Of a stretch of DNA of 64,000 nt, positions 10,007-19,742 are shown one piece after another. Position numbers and translations under genes: made by a program. Below the pieces are notes generated by a model that was not told the DNA's origin, made no database searches, and worked only from the letters and a program-made list of their open reading frames with translations. Source of the stretch: Lentisphaeria bacterium (lineage in GTDB: Bacteria > Verrucomicrobiota > Lentisphaeria > Victivallales > Victivallaceae); assembly GCA_017457065.1 (NCBI GenBank), contig JAFTIE010000113.1, positions 7,120 through 71,119 on the forward strand, written 5' to 3'. The first letter of the stretch is position 1; each line of letters opens with the position of its first letter.

Positions 10007-10028
10007 GATAATGGTATTATTTTATAAT
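10007..10028 (+). promoter_or_regulatory. Fur-box-like AT-rich operator overlapping a TATAAT -10 element upstream of fur
   Basis: GATAATGGTATTATTTTAT (10007-10025) matches the classical GATAATGATAATCATTATC box at about 12 of 19 positions. A perfect TATAAT sits at 10023-10028, 45 nt upstream of the fur ATG. I found no convincing -35. Confidence 0.3.
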
Positions 10029-10072
10029 TGTAGTAATTACATTTTTCGATTTACATCAGAAAGGAGCCGCTT

Positions 10073-10501
10073 ATGAAAGAGCTTAAAGAAGATGAACTCA
10101 TCTGTGAATTGCGTGCCTGCGGGATCTCTCCTTCGCCTCAGCGTGTGGGGATCTACGGTTTTCTTAAAACTCATCCCATCCACCCTACGGCGGATCTGAT
10201 CATGAAAGAGCTGAAACCCCATCTGCCCACTTTGTCTTTGACGACGGTTTATAATACGCTCAAGCTCTTTGTATCAAAAAAACTGGTCAGCGAAGTGATC
10301 ATTGAGGATGGTGAACTGCGTTTTGATGCAGATATGAAAGATCATGCCCACTTCAAGTGCCTGAAATGCCAGCAGGTCTTTGACCTCTTCCCTGAGGGGG
10401 GGAAAATGGATACTTCAGGACTCCCCCAAGTTCCTTCAAACTTTACTGTGGAAAGCGTCCACATCTGCCTGAAAGGGCACTGCGGCAGCTGTCAGGAGTA
10501 A
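10073..10501 (+). CDS. fur: Fur-family metalloregulator (Fur/PerR/Zur type)
   Basis: 142 aa. The wHTH is HPTADLIMKELKPHLPTLSLTTVYNTLKLFVSKKLV, followed by HAHFKCLKCQQVFD and a C-terminal CLKGHCGSC (two CxxC pairs). AGGAG lies upstream. Confidence 0.85.
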   Translation: MKELKEDELICELRACGISPSPQRVGIYGFLKTHPIHPTADLIMKELKPHLPTLSLTTVYNTLKLFVSKKLVSEVIIEDGELRFDADMKDHAHFKCLKCQQVFDLFPEGGKMDTSGLPQVPSNFTVESVHICLKGHCGSCQE

Positions 10502-10537
10502 ACACACTCTCTGATCGTGCCGCCCTGCGCTTGAAAT

Positions 10538-10590
10538 GAGGAACCGGTGCTTACCTTTTTCTGAGGTTTGCACCGGTTCCTCTGTTTGTT
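10538..10590. terminator. Bidirectional terminator hairpin between convergent genes
   Basis: There is a perfect 13-bp inverted repeat, gaggaaccggtgc (10538-10550) / gcaccggttcctc (10570-10582), followed by tgtttgtt. It sits between fur (+) and the GH36-like gene (-). Confidence 0.65.
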
Positions 10591-10605
10591 GGCAGCTGCG
10601 GTAAA

Positions 10606-12666
10606 TCAGAACTCCCAGTCAAGGGGAGTTCCTGTGCCTGTCAGCTCAAGGGTCTGTACTTTGCCCTTCTGATCCATGATAAAGATCCTCCCCTTATCCC
10701 CTGCGGGACGGGTGAGGGTGCCTTTGAGATTGCCCTTCTCAATACGCACATCTTTGAGCTCCTGAGCGCCGCAGGTGTAGTGGAAGGAAGTTCCTATGAC
10801 CTGAGGAGCATCTTCCACGGGGGTGAGGGCATAGACCCGTGCCGACACCCGGGGCAGTGTGGGCTTGAAGGAGCCTTTGACCTTGCCTTCATAGCGTTCC
10901 TCAAAGAAGTTCCACACATGGTACTCTCTGTCATCAGGCAGTTTGAGTTCCATTTCCTTTTCTTCTTCAAAGTTGAAGAAGCTGTAAATATCACGGTCCT
11001 GCGTCTTGTTGAGGAATATTTCAGGTGTTCTGCCTGCAAAAAGATCCACCGGGACCGCCACTTTTCCCCAGGGGGGGAGCACACGGCGCACCAGATCCAG
11101 CACCTCAGGGGAACACTCCTGAAACTTGTCCCCGAGGAAGATCTGTCCGCCTGAAATACCCACAAAAAGCGTCCTCAACCGTGCTTCTTCCAGATCGGCA
11201 GGGGGAGCGATGTTGATGGCATCGGCGGTGAGCATGACGATCTTGTTCTGGGCAAAGTAACGGCTCATGGTTGAGGTGAACTGCTCACGGAAGAACTCTG
11301 TTTTTTCCGCATCGTCTCTGATCCCTGTATTGCCGATGTCACAGGCACTCATGGTGGTGGAACAGAGTCCTGCAGAGTGCATGGTCAAATCGGAACAGGC
11401 GTAGAGGAAATCCTCCTGATCCAGCTCTTCCACGATATTTTTCAGACTCTGGCGGTAGGTTCCTGCCCCCTGAACGACGCCCTTATCCCACGGGGTGTAA
11501 AAATCGACTCTGCCGCAGCGGTTGAGGAAGTCGATCTTGAAATATTTGATCCCCAGAGATTTATAATAGCGCATGGTTTTGGCAACATACTCTTTCACCT
11601 TGGGATGGGTGGGATCAAGAATGTTCATATCACAATGAGGTTCCCAGAACCATTTGCTTTTTGTTTCCATGGCAGCGCCGGGGACGGTGCCCTCTTCCAC
11701 TTCGTACAAACTGCACCAGATGCCGGGAACAAAGTTCCGTTTGCGCATCTCTTCGGTGAACTTTTCCAACCCGCCGGGGAACCGGTCATTGGGGATCTGC
11801 CACCTGCCGGGGACATCCTCATGGCAGTATCCCAGATCGATCTGCATGTATTTGAATCCGAATCCCGGATAGGTCTCATTGATGAAATCGGCAATGCGGT
11901 TGATCTCTTCGGCGCTGATGGTGAGGCGGTAGCCGTACCAGGAAAGCCACCCAACCGGGGGCTCGGTGTGGCGCAGCTTGATATTGCTGCGCTCAACAGA
12001 CATATCCGCCCATGCTTCAAGTCCCCTCTGAGCAGACTTGAACTCCCCTGTCGCCATCTCTTCGGACTCGATCCGGGCGCCGGGCTGCAGTTCAAATCCG
12101 CAGAAATTGCACGAAAATGCCAGACGCCGCAAGGAGCCTGTTTCCCCGTCGCAGAGAATGTAGACACAGGTGTGGCACTTAGTCATGGGAGCTGTAAAGG
12201 CATAGACCATGCCGCTGTTCTTATGCTGAACCGCCGCAACGCCCCCAAAGGAGTAGTTGGCTCCTCTGACGCCTTTGGGGAGTTCCTCTTCGGGGACCCG
12301 CATGATCTGTGCTGCCCAAGTGCGCTCTTCGGCGGGCTGGTAGACAGGGAGCCAGTACTCCCAGGCGTACCGGGGGGTGAAGAAGTGTTCATTGGTTTTG
12401 ATGACTCCGGTAGGCCAGCCGCCCCCTGAGTCAAGGAAAACGGAACTTTCAGAAGTGAAATCCGGAATATCATCCTCTTCAAGCAAATGGCAGGAGCCCA
12501 GTTTAACGGCTGTTTTTCCGGTGTTGACCAGAGCCAGTTTCCGCAAAGAAAAAGCTCCTGCCCGGTCATTGAGCCAACTGGCTTCAAGTGTCGTCCCGGG
12601 GATCACGCCCCCCTCTTGAGGGATCTCATACCATTGGTTTCCAATAAAAATCGTTGATTTCTGCAT
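10606..12666 (-). CDS. Glycoside hydrolase, alpha-galactosidase-like (GH36/GH27 clan D TIM barrel)
   Basis: 686 aa. Melibiase-type motifs are present: GFGFKYMQIDLGY, GIKYFKIDFLN and FVPGIWCS. It has no signal peptide. Confidence 0.65.
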   Translation of the reverse strand: MQKSTIFIGNQWYEIPQEGGVIPGTTLEASWLNDRAGAFSLRKLALVNTGKTAVKLGSCHLLEEDDIPDFTSESSVFLDSGGGWPTGVIKTNEHFFTPRYAWEYWLPVYQPAEERTWAAQIMRVPEEELPKGVRGANYSFGGVAAVQHKNSGMVYAFTAPMTKCHTCVYILCDGETGSLRRLAFSCNFCGFELQPGARIESEEMATGEFKSAQRGLEAWADMSVERSNIKLRHTEPPVGWLSWYGYRLTISAEEINRIADFINETYPGFGFKYMQIDLGYCHEDVPGRWQIPNDRFPGGLEKFTEEMRKRNFVPGIWCSLYEVEEGTVPGAAMETKSKWFWEPHCDMNILDPTHPKVKEYVAKTMRYYKSLGIKYFKIDFLNRCGRVDFYTPWDKGVVQGAGTYRQSLKNIVEELDQEDFLYACSDLTMHSAGLCSTTMSACDIGNTGIRDDAEKTEFFREQFTSTMSRYFAQNKIVMLTADAINIAPPADLEEARLRTLFVGISGGQIFLGDKFQECSPEVLDLVRRVLPPWGKVAVPVDLFAGRTPEIFLNKTQDRDIYSFFNFEEEKEMELKLPDDREYHVWNFFEERYEGKVKGSFKPTLPRVSARVYALTPVEDAPQVIGTSFHYTCGAQELKDVRIEKGNLKGTLTRPAGDKGRIFIMDQKGKVQTLELTGTGTPLDWEF

Positions 12667-12681
12667 TGATGTATCCTGTAT

Positions 12682-14691
12682 TTATTTACATTTTGAGATA
12701 ATGAAAAGTTTTCCTCTGAATCCCTCCAACTGGTCGTAGGTGAACTCTGTTACGATGCCCCGGCGGGCAAGTTCCGCTCCTGTAAGGGGGGAGCTCTTTT
12801 TCCCTTCTTCGGGGAACACTTCTGTGACCTGATAGCTCTGTTCCTCTTTCAGACCTTGGGGATGGAAAACCCGTTTCGGGTCTCCGTCGCAGGTGTTATG
12901 GAACACATAGAGAAAATGGGTATCGCTTGCCGGGTCTGAAAGTTCAAAAGCAAGCCATCCTCGTTTCTTTTCAAAATCCTCATGGGGGGTCAGGCAGTGG
13001 AGAACACCTTTGAGGATCTTTTCACGGTTGGCTTTGAAGAACTCACTGTAACGCCGGATGATACGCCGGTTGCCTTCAGAAAATGAAGCCAGATCACAGG
13101 AAAATCCCAGCATCCCTGAAATACATGTCAGCAAGCCGAAATGAAGATCTTCGCACTGGGAACGGTACCAGGTGGCGTGCTGCACCTGCATGACGGTGTT
13201 TTCTCTGAAAGAGCTTTCACTGCCGGGGTGGAGTTCGCACCCCACATACCAGTGATAGATGCGCCCCACAGGGAAACGGCATCCCATCTCCTGTATCATC
13301 CGCAGATTTTCCAGAGGGGAGCCGTTGTCGCTGATAAAGTGAAGGTCAAAGTTCCTGAGCATGGAGCCCGCCGCCATACGCGAACTGCCTGAAGAGCAGT
13401 TTTCAAAGGTGACTTGCGGCAGCATTTTCTGCAGACGTGCCATGACTCTTTCAAGTGCCTTGCAATAGAGAGAAAGCCGTGACGGGTCGTACCCCTGAGA
13501 GTGGTTCATATCGTTTTTGATGTAGACCGCCTTGTAGCGGCGGATGGTATCGGCAAGGGTGTTGACCAGATGATCCTCCACCTCAGGGAGCCAGATTTTC
13601 GGAGAGACGATATTGGGGTGGGCTGAGGGGAAGAACCAGTCGGGATGCTCTTTCACCACATCGGATTCTGTGGAAAAGAATTCAAACTCCACCCAGAACC
13701 CGAATCCCAGTCCGGCTTTGCGGACCTCGTCGGCGAAATCCTTCATTTTCCCGTAAAAGGCACGGTCAAGGTGTTCATCCCAGTTGTTGAGCCGGGTGAA
13801 GGCGCCGTTGTCGTTGTACCAGCCGTAATCCACCACAAACACCTCACACCCGCACTCTTTTGCAGCTTCAAGCTGTTTCCGCAGCCGGGGGAGTTCAAGT
13901 TTGCCCATGCGGTCAAGCCATGTGTTGTAGACCACTGGCTGGTGGTTTTTCCGGGGCGGGAAAAGGGCATTGAGGAACCGGTTCATGGGGGCGGCGCCTG
14001 AAGCGGGATCACGGTCGGGGAGCTGCTGGACCGCCACAGGGGGAGCTTCCCAACTCTCACCCGGGGGGATGACCAGTTCCAGACGGTCGTCTGAAAGCCC
14101 TGCTTCAACGGTCATGTCGCAGATCATTCCGTTTTTGCTTGCCGCAGAGAAACGGAGCATCCAATCCCCTTCGGGGAATACCATGAAGCCGAGGGCATGA
14201 CTGCTGTAGGAATCCCGCAGTACGGCAAAGGGGGTACTGGTTTCGCAGAAACGCCCTTCCCGGGATTTGAGGGTCAGACTCCCTGCCCGCAAGGACTCCC
14301 AGGCGCTCTGATCTTCACAGCACCAGAAGCTCTGGCGGGAGCAGATCTCATATTCTCCCCTTGAAAGGGGGAATCTTGCCAGATAGCGCCGGAGCGTCAG
14401 GGGCTTTTTTCTCAAGTTGGTAACGCTGTCTTTACGCAAAAGGATATGGTTTTCGCTGTCGTACTCCAATTTGACGGTGACTTTGGCGTTTTTTGAGTTA
14501 AAGGTCAACTCCCTGCCGCCTGTTTTACATTTGATTTCAGGAGCTTCAAAAGGGGAATCGGCATCGCTGTAAAAGGAAAAGGGCTGTTTACACTCCTGAT
14601 CGCCCCCCATGTAGTCCCACATCCGCTCAAAGGAGCCTGATGGATCAAGAACAAGAAGTTCCTTATCCCAGATAGAACTCTTTTTTGTCAT
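12682..14691 (-). CDS. Alpha-galactosidase (GH36 family)
   Basis: 669 aa. Motifs are VVYNTWLDRMGKLE...CGCEVFVVDYGWY, GLGFGFWVEFE and YIKNDMN, which fit the GH36 catalytic barrel pattern. Confidence 0.7.
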   Translation of the reverse strand: MTKKSSIWDKELLVLDPSGSFERMWDYMGGDQECKQPFSFYSDADSPFEAPEIKCKTGGRELTFNSKNAKVTVKLEYDSENHILLRKDSVTNLRKKPLTLRRYLARFPLSRGEYEICSRQSFWCCEDQSAWESLRAGSLTLKSREGRFCETSTPFAVLRDSYSSHALGFMVFPEGDWMLRFSAASKNGMICDMTVEAGLSDDRLELVIPPGESWEAPPVAVQQLPDRDPASGAAPMNRFLNALFPPRKNHQPVVYNTWLDRMGKLELPRLRKQLEAAKECGCEVFVVDYGWYNDNGAFTRLNNWDEHLDRAFYGKMKDFADEVRKAGLGFGFWVEFEFFSTESDVVKEHPDWFFPSAHPNIVSPKIWLPEVEDHLVNTLADTIRRYKAVYIKNDMNHSQGYDPSRLSLYCKALERVMARLQKMLPQVTFENCSSGSSRMAAGSMLRNFDLHFISDNGSPLENLRMIQEMGCRFPVGRIYHWYVGCELHPGSESSFRENTVMQVQHATWYRSQCEDLHFGLLTCISGMLGFSCDLASFSEGNRRIIRRYSEFFKANREKILKGVLHCLTPHEDFEKKRGWLAFELSDPASDTHFLYVFHNTCDGDPKRVFHPQGLKEEQSYQVTEVFPEEGKKSSPLTGAELARRGIVTEFTYDQLEGFRGKLFIISKCK

Positions 14692-14717
14692 ATTTCAAAA
14701 ACTCCTATTCAAGATTT

Positions 14718-15515
14718 TCAAAGAAATCCCAGTTCGGCAATGGCTTCACGGAATCCTTCAGGGAAGTCCTTTGACGCCCACTTGCGGATCATGGGGAGCA
14801 GTTCAAACTGCAGCTGTTTGGCTGTTTCCCAATCCCCTTTTTCAAAGGCATCCACCAGCTGCCGCACGGTGTCGGGGACGATCCCGGCGGTGGCGATGGT
14901 GGCGCCGTCGGCACCCATGATGAGAGAAGCCAGAAGCAGCTCTTCGGTGCCGGTGTAGATCTTGAACTCCGGACGCGCCGCCTTGATGGCGGAAATCAGC
15001 AGTTCAAAACGGGCAAAGTCCCGGGAACTGTCTTTAAGTCCGATGATGTTGGGGTGGTTGCTCAAAGCAAGGATGGTCTCAAAGCTCATGCCGTTGGAAA
15101 AGGCGGGAATGTCGTAAATGTACACAGGCAGCACCGATTTCTCTGCCACTTCCATCTGGAAACCTTTGATAAACTCCTGATTGTGTTTAAAGTAGTAAGG
15201 GGGCGCCACAGCAATGGCATCGGCGCCCGCCTCTTTGTACCTTGCGGCAAGGCGGCAGGTGAGTTCAGCGGAGCCGGTAATGGCTCCTGCGATGAGGTAG
15301 AGGCGGTCTCCTGCGCACTCTCTGGCAATGCGGACCGTTTCCACCTTCTGATCGTCGGTAAGGATGGTGAACTCCCCGGTGCTGCCGTTGATAAAGAGTC
15401 CGTCAACGCCGTGGTCTGCCATCCAGTTGAAGTAACGGTCCATCCCCTGTGCATCGGGTTCCCCGTTTTTAAGCACCGCCGGAGGCGGCACGAGGATCTG
15501 TGGTCTCTTCATCAT
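14718..15515 (-). CDS. DapA/NAL-family class I aldolase (probable 2-keto-3-deoxy-sugar-acid aldolase)
   Basis: Motifs are GVDGLFINGSTGEFTILTDDQK and the Schiff-base lysine context IIGLKDSSRD. I chose the start at ATGATG (MMKRPQ) with GGGAGA upstream. It overlaps the stop of the dehydratase gene. Confidence 0.7.
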   Translation of the reverse strand: MMKRPQILVPPPAVLKNGEPDAQGMDRYFNWMADHGVDGLFINGSTGEFTILTDDQKVETVRIARECAGDRLYLIAGAITGSAELTCRLAARYKEAGADAIAVAPPYYFKHNQEFIKGFQMEVAEKSVLPVYIYDIPAFSNGMSFETILALSNHPNIIGLKDSSRDFARFELLISAIKAARPEFKIYTGTEELLLASLIMGADGATIATAGIVPDTVRQLVDAFEKGDWETAKQLQFELLPMIRKWASKDFPEGFREAIAELGFL

Positions 15516-16687
15516 TTCATCTCCCAAATCACATTGTCTTCGTATTCTATTTTTACTTTGCGCCCGTAGCGTTCAAGGGTCTCAAAGTTGATCTCGCAGC
15601 CCAGTCCGGGGGTATCGGGGAGCGTGATCATGCCGTCGGCATCGGGCAGGAGCCTTTCAACGGTCAGTTTCCGTGCCGGGGGCGCCGCCTCAACGGGGAA
15701 CTCGCACCAGCAGGACTCCTTCAGTCCGGCGAAAGGCTGGATGGATGCTGAAAGAGCAAGAGAGGTGGTAAAGGTATGGTTCACATAGGTCACACCTGTT
15801 TCAAGAGCATAGTCGGCGACCTCTTTGGCTGAGGTGATACCGCCGATGCGTCCGGTGTCGATCTGGATAAATCCCACTTTGCCGAAATCCATGAGGTTTT
15901 TTGCCATATCCGGATTGTGTGCCCCTTCGCCCCCTGCCATAAGCCCTTTGCATCCGGGAAACTCCGAAAGAGCGGCGTATGCCTTGAGAGCTCCTGAGGT
16001 GAAGGGTTCTTCAAGCCAGACGGCACGGCACTTGAGAAGTTCAGGCAGTATTTCTGCGGCACGGACGGTATTGCTGCCCCAGACGGTCCCGGCATCGATC
16101 ATGAGAGCCACATCCTCTCCCACCCCTTCCCGGGCGGCACGGAGATGTTCCATATCAACGGCGGCGCTCCCCAGTCCGAAGGGACCCCAGCCGAACTTTG
16201 CGGCACGGAACCCTTCTTTACGGCAGCGTTCCCCCTTTTCAAAGGTCTCCTGAGGGGTGTCGCCGAAAAGCTGTGAAGCGTAAGCGGTCTTGGGGTATGC
16301 CTTTTCATATCCCAGCAGACGCCAGACAGGAAGGTTCTGTTTCCGTCCCAGCATATCCCACAGGGCGATGTCGATGCCGGAGAGGGTGTGGTCGGACTGC
16401 AGCAGATCAAAGCTGTTGCTCCTGACGGCGGCGGTCAGTCTGGCGATGTCGGATGTGTCGTTGATCTCAAAGCCGAGAACTGTGTCTTTGAGAGGTTTAC
16501 ATGCCAGATGGGACATGGGACAGCACCAGGCGGCGATGGAAACAAGGGGAGCGGCTTCACACTCGCCCCATCCTTCGCTGCCGTCATCCATGACCACTCT
16601 GACCAGAAGGGCATCCTGACTGCCGTCACCGATGTTGCGGATCACATCATCAGCCAGATAGTGAAATTCAACATGTTCGATCTTCAT
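15512..16687 (-). CDS. Enolase-superfamily (mandelate racemase/muconate lactonizing) sugar-acid dehydratase
   Basis: 391 aa. The N-terminal capping domain is LLVRVVMDDGSEGWGECEA. The barrel shows LMIDAGTVW, VWLEEP and GFIQIDTGRIGGIT, a metal-ligand D/E/D-like pattern. Confidence 0.75.
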   Translation of the reverse strand: MKIEHVEFHYLADDVIRNIGDGSQDALLVRVVMDDGSEGWGECEAAPLVSIAAWCCPMSHLACKPLKDTVLGFEINDTSDIARLTAAVRSNSFDLLQSDHTLSGIDIALWDMLGRKQNLPVWRLLGYEKAYPKTAYASQLFGDTPQETFEKGERCRKEGFRAAKFGWGPFGLGSAAVDMEHLRAAREGVGEDVALMIDAGTVWGSNTVRAAEILPELLKCRAVWLEEPFTSGALKAYAALSEFPGCKGLMAGGEGAHNPDMAKNLMDFGKVGFIQIDTGRIGGITSAKEVADYALETGVTYVNHTFTTSLALSASIQPFAGLKESCWCEFPVEAAPPARKLTVERLLPDADGMITLPDTPGLGCEINFETLERYGRKVKIEYEDNVIWEMK

Positions 16688-16708
16688 AAGTAAAAAAACC
16701 TTTCGTTG

Positions 16709-17461
16709 TCAGAATGTAATGGTAAGTCCCCCATCGACTGTGATGGTCTGCCCGGTGATATAGGAAGCATCGGGACCGCAGAGGAAATATAAAACCCCTG
16801 CCGCCTCTTCGGGTCTTCCCGGACGTCTCAGGGGTAGATGGTTTCCTGTGACATAGTTGTCTTTGAACCACTGTGTTTCCAGTTCGCTGCTCCCTGAAGC
16901 GCTGCTCATGGGCGTGTCGATGAATCCCGGCGCAACAGCGTTGACGAGAATGCCTCTGTCAGCCAGCTCCAGAGCAGTTCCCCGGCAGAACTGGGTGATC
17001 GCCGCCTTGGCGCAGGCGTAAGCGGATGAGCCCATTTCCGCACGGAAGGCGTGGATACTGGTCACATGGACGATCCGTCCCCCCTCTTTCATAAAAGGCA
17101 CAACGGCACGGGTCATGTTTACCGCGCCGTTGAACATGGTATCAAAGGGGATGCGCCATTTATCAAGTTCTGAATCGACCGCATCTGCGCTGCCGGTGAT
17201 GCCGGCGCAGTTGACCAGAGCGTCGATTTGAGGGTAACTTTTCATAACTTCCGTCAACTGTTCCGCTGTGGAGCGCAGAGAGTAATCTCCCGGGATATAA
17301 CGGTGGAGTGCTCCGGGGGCGGCGGGGAGTTCCGCCACGATCTTTCTGAGAAGCTCTTCACGTCTTGCCAGCAGTATGAGCTGCCACTTTTCCGCCGCAA
17401 AACGCCGGGCGGCGGCAAGACCTATGCCGGAGGAGGCTCCTGTAATGATTACTGTTTTCAT
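16709..17461 (-). CDS. Short-chain dehydrogenase/reductase (SDR)
   Basis: It has TGASSGIG at the N-terminus, the catalytic YACAKAA (YxxxK), and [12 protein letters not shown]. Confidence 0.85.
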   Translation of the reverse strand: MKTVIITGASSGIGLAAARRFAAEKWQLILLARREELLRKIVAELPAAPGALHRYIPGDYSLRSTAEQLTEVMKSYPQIDALVNCAGITGSADAVDSELDKWRIPFDTMFNGAVNMTRAVVPFMKEGGRIVHVTSIHAFRAEMGSSAYACAKAAITQFCRGTALELADRGILVNAVAPGFIDTPMSSASGSSELETQWFKDNYVTGNHLPLRRPGRPEEAAGVLYFLCGPDASYITGQTITVDGGLTITF

Positions 17462-17496
17462 ATCGGTTCCGCATGTAAAAAGTTGTATATTGCAAG

Positions 17497-17525
17497 AATA
17501 TAGCGCAACAAAGGTATTTTTGCAA
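17497..17525 (-). promoter_or_regulatory. Sigma70-like promoter for the SDR-dehydratase-aldolase-GH36 operon
   Basis: On the minus strand it reads TTGCAA, a 17-nt spacer, then TATATT. It sits about 36 nt upstream of the SDR ATG (17461). The same hexamer pair occurs in the candidate Tad promoter at 38089-38117. Confidence 0.45.
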
Positions 17526-17581
17526 TCTTTTCAGGAAAAGAAAATGAAAATTTCATGCAGAAAGAGACTTTTCTGTGTCTG

Positions 17582-19585
17582 TCACTCAGTGACCCGGCGG
17601 AGCACCAGAGCGGTGCGGCAGGGCAGATAGACGCTGAGTTTGGTTCCGTGAGGATTTTTGATGGTCCAGTAGCGGTGGGGGAACTCCACATTGCCGAAGC
17701 CGTTGAACTCCCTGCAATCGCTGCAGAGTACCGATTCATATTCTCCGGGAAGTGCTTCAAAGGAGTATCCGGCGCAGGAACACGCGTGGTGGAAATTGAA
17801 AAGGAACCAGTATCCTCCCCGTTCAAAGATAAGCACCTTTGCCTCTTTGTCGATGCGGGCGCACTGAGGGGCGGTGTCATAAAACCCCTCTCTGCCCACC
17901 AGTTCCATAACGGCACGGTCAAATTTCAACAATCCGTTGAACCGCAGTGTGGGATCTTCGCTCAAGCTCCACTGGCGCCGGGCGTGTTTGCAGGACCAGT
18001 TGTTGCCTTCACGGGGGAAGTCGATCCACTCGGGGTGTCCGAACTCGTTGCCCATGAAGTTGAGATATCCGAACTGTCCTGTTGCCGCCGTGGCAAGGCG
18101 CATCATCTTGTGGAGTGCCACCGCCCGGTCGATGACCGGATTGTTGGAGTTGAGGTGCATGGAAAAATAGACCTCATGGCCCGCCATGGCGAAGAAGGCA
18201 CTTTTGCCCCCCACCAGTGCCTGATCGTGGCACTCCACATAGCTGACGGTCCGCTCATCACGGCGGTGGTTGGTGAGTTCGTGGTAGAGCTGAAAGAGAT
18301 CCCACTCCTCATCCCGCAGATCCAGCATCTTGAACCATGTATCAGTAACGCCCATTGCCATGCGGTAATCGAATCCGGCGCCGCCTTCTGCAAGGGGAGC
18401 GGCAAGACCGGGCATTCCGCTCACATCCTCGGCGATGGTGACGGCATCGGGCCGGACCGTGTGGATCACCTTGTTGGCAAGGGGCAGATAGGCAAGAGCA
18501 TCTTCATCGACGTTGCTGCCGAAATAATCTTCAAGGGAAACAAAGTTTCTGCCGATACCGTGGTCAAAGTAGAGCATACTGGTGACGCCGTCAAAGCGGA
18601 ATCCGTCCACTTTATACTCATCCAGCCAGAAGCGGCAGTTTGAAAGCAGCAGATGGAGCACCTCAGGCTTTGAGTAGTCAAAGCAGAGAGAATCCCATGT
18701 GGGGTGGATCCCCCGGATCCCCTCGTGGAAATAGGTGCTTCTGCTGCCGTCGATACGCCCCAGACCTTCCGCTTCGTTGCGGACGGCGTGAGAGTGGACC
18801 AGATCGATGATGACCCGCACTCCCATGCCGTGAGCGGCATCGACAAGTTCTTTGAACTCCTCAGGGGTGCCGAAGCGGTCGGCAATGGCGAAAAAGTTCG
18901 CCACATGGTAGCCGAAACTTGCGTAATAGGGATGGTTCACCACCGCCATGAGCTGCAGCGTGTTATACCCCCCGGCAACGACTTTGGGCAGGATCTTTTC
19001 ACGGAACTCTTTGAAAGTGCCGATCTTTTCCTCTTCCTGCGCCATACCGATGTGTGCCTCGTAGATCAGCATACCGCCGGGACGGGGGGGAGAGGGGTTT
19101 TTGAAGGTGTACTTTTCCTCAGGCTCCCAGACCATGGCGGTGAAAAGTTTGCTGTGTTCATCCTGACTGACTTTGCGTGCAAAGGCGGGGATACGCAATC
19201 CGGAGCCGCCGGGCCACTCCACCAGCATGGCATAGTGCATCCCGTGGCAGAGGACCTCTGCCGGAAGTTCGATCTCTTTGATCCCGTGGTCCAGATTTTC
19301 AAGGCGGAACTCCTCTTTGACCTCCCAGTTGGAAAAATCCCCCACCAGGGTGATGGAGTTGGCATTGGGCGCCCACTCTCTGAAGATCCATTTCCCCCGG
19401 GTGCGGTGGAGTCCGAAATATTCATGTCCTGAGGCGAAATCCTCTATGGTGATCTTATTTTCCGTCAGCTTTTGCAGCACTCTTTCCGTGCGTTGGCGCC
19501 GTGCGGCGATTTGCGGTGCAAAAGGTTCAAGGCTCGGGTCGCTCCCAAAGGGGATCGGAACATTCAAACAGAGATTTTTCTTCAT
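17582..19585 (-). CDS. glgB: 1,4-alpha-glucan branching enzyme (GH13, eukaryote-like subfamily)
   Basis: 667 aa. GH13 conserved regions are present: VIIDLVHSHA, GFRFDGVTSMLY, TIAEDVSGMP and YVECHDQ. Confidence 0.85.
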   Translation of the reverse strand: MKKNLCLNVPIPFGSDPSLEPFAPQIAARRQRTERVLQKLTENKITIEDFASGHEYFGLHRTRGKWIFREWAPNANSITLVGDFSNWEVKEEFRLENLDHGIKEIELPAEVLCHGMHYAMLVEWPGGSGLRIPAFARKVSQDEHSKLFTAMVWEPEEKYTFKNPSPPRPGGMLIYEAHIGMAQEEEKIGTFKEFREKILPKVVAGGYNTLQLMAVVNHPYYASFGYHVANFFAIADRFGTPEEFKELVDAAHGMGVRVIIDLVHSHAVRNEAEGLGRIDGSRSTYFHEGIRGIHPTWDSLCFDYSKPEVLHLLLSNCRFWLDEYKVDGFRFDGVTSMLYFDHGIGRNFVSLEDYFGSNVDEDALAYLPLANKVIHTVRPDAVTIAEDVSGMPGLAAPLAEGGAGFDYRMAMGVTDTWFKMLDLRDEEWDLFQLYHELTNHRRDERTVSYVECHDQALVGGKSAFFAMAGHEVYFSMHLNSNNPVIDRAVALHKMMRLATAATGQFGYLNFMGNEFGHPEWIDFPREGNNWSCKHARRQWSLSEDPTLRFNGLLKFDRAVMELVGREGFYDTAPQCARIDKEAKVLIFERGGYWFLFNFHHACSCAGYSFEALPGEYESVLCSDCREFNGFGNVEFPHRYWTIKNPHGTKLSVYLPCRTALVLRRVTE

Positions 19586-19742
19586 AGATCACCTTGAGTT
19601 TTCAAATGTTTCGGGCTTTACGCTCTCTGAAAACTTATTATAACACACGGAAAAGAAAAAGTCAAGTCCACTCATCACCTTTCCGGTTGATTTTCCCTCA
19701 GAACAGGTAAAATAACTCCTCTTTGCCTGCCGCAGGAGGGCA

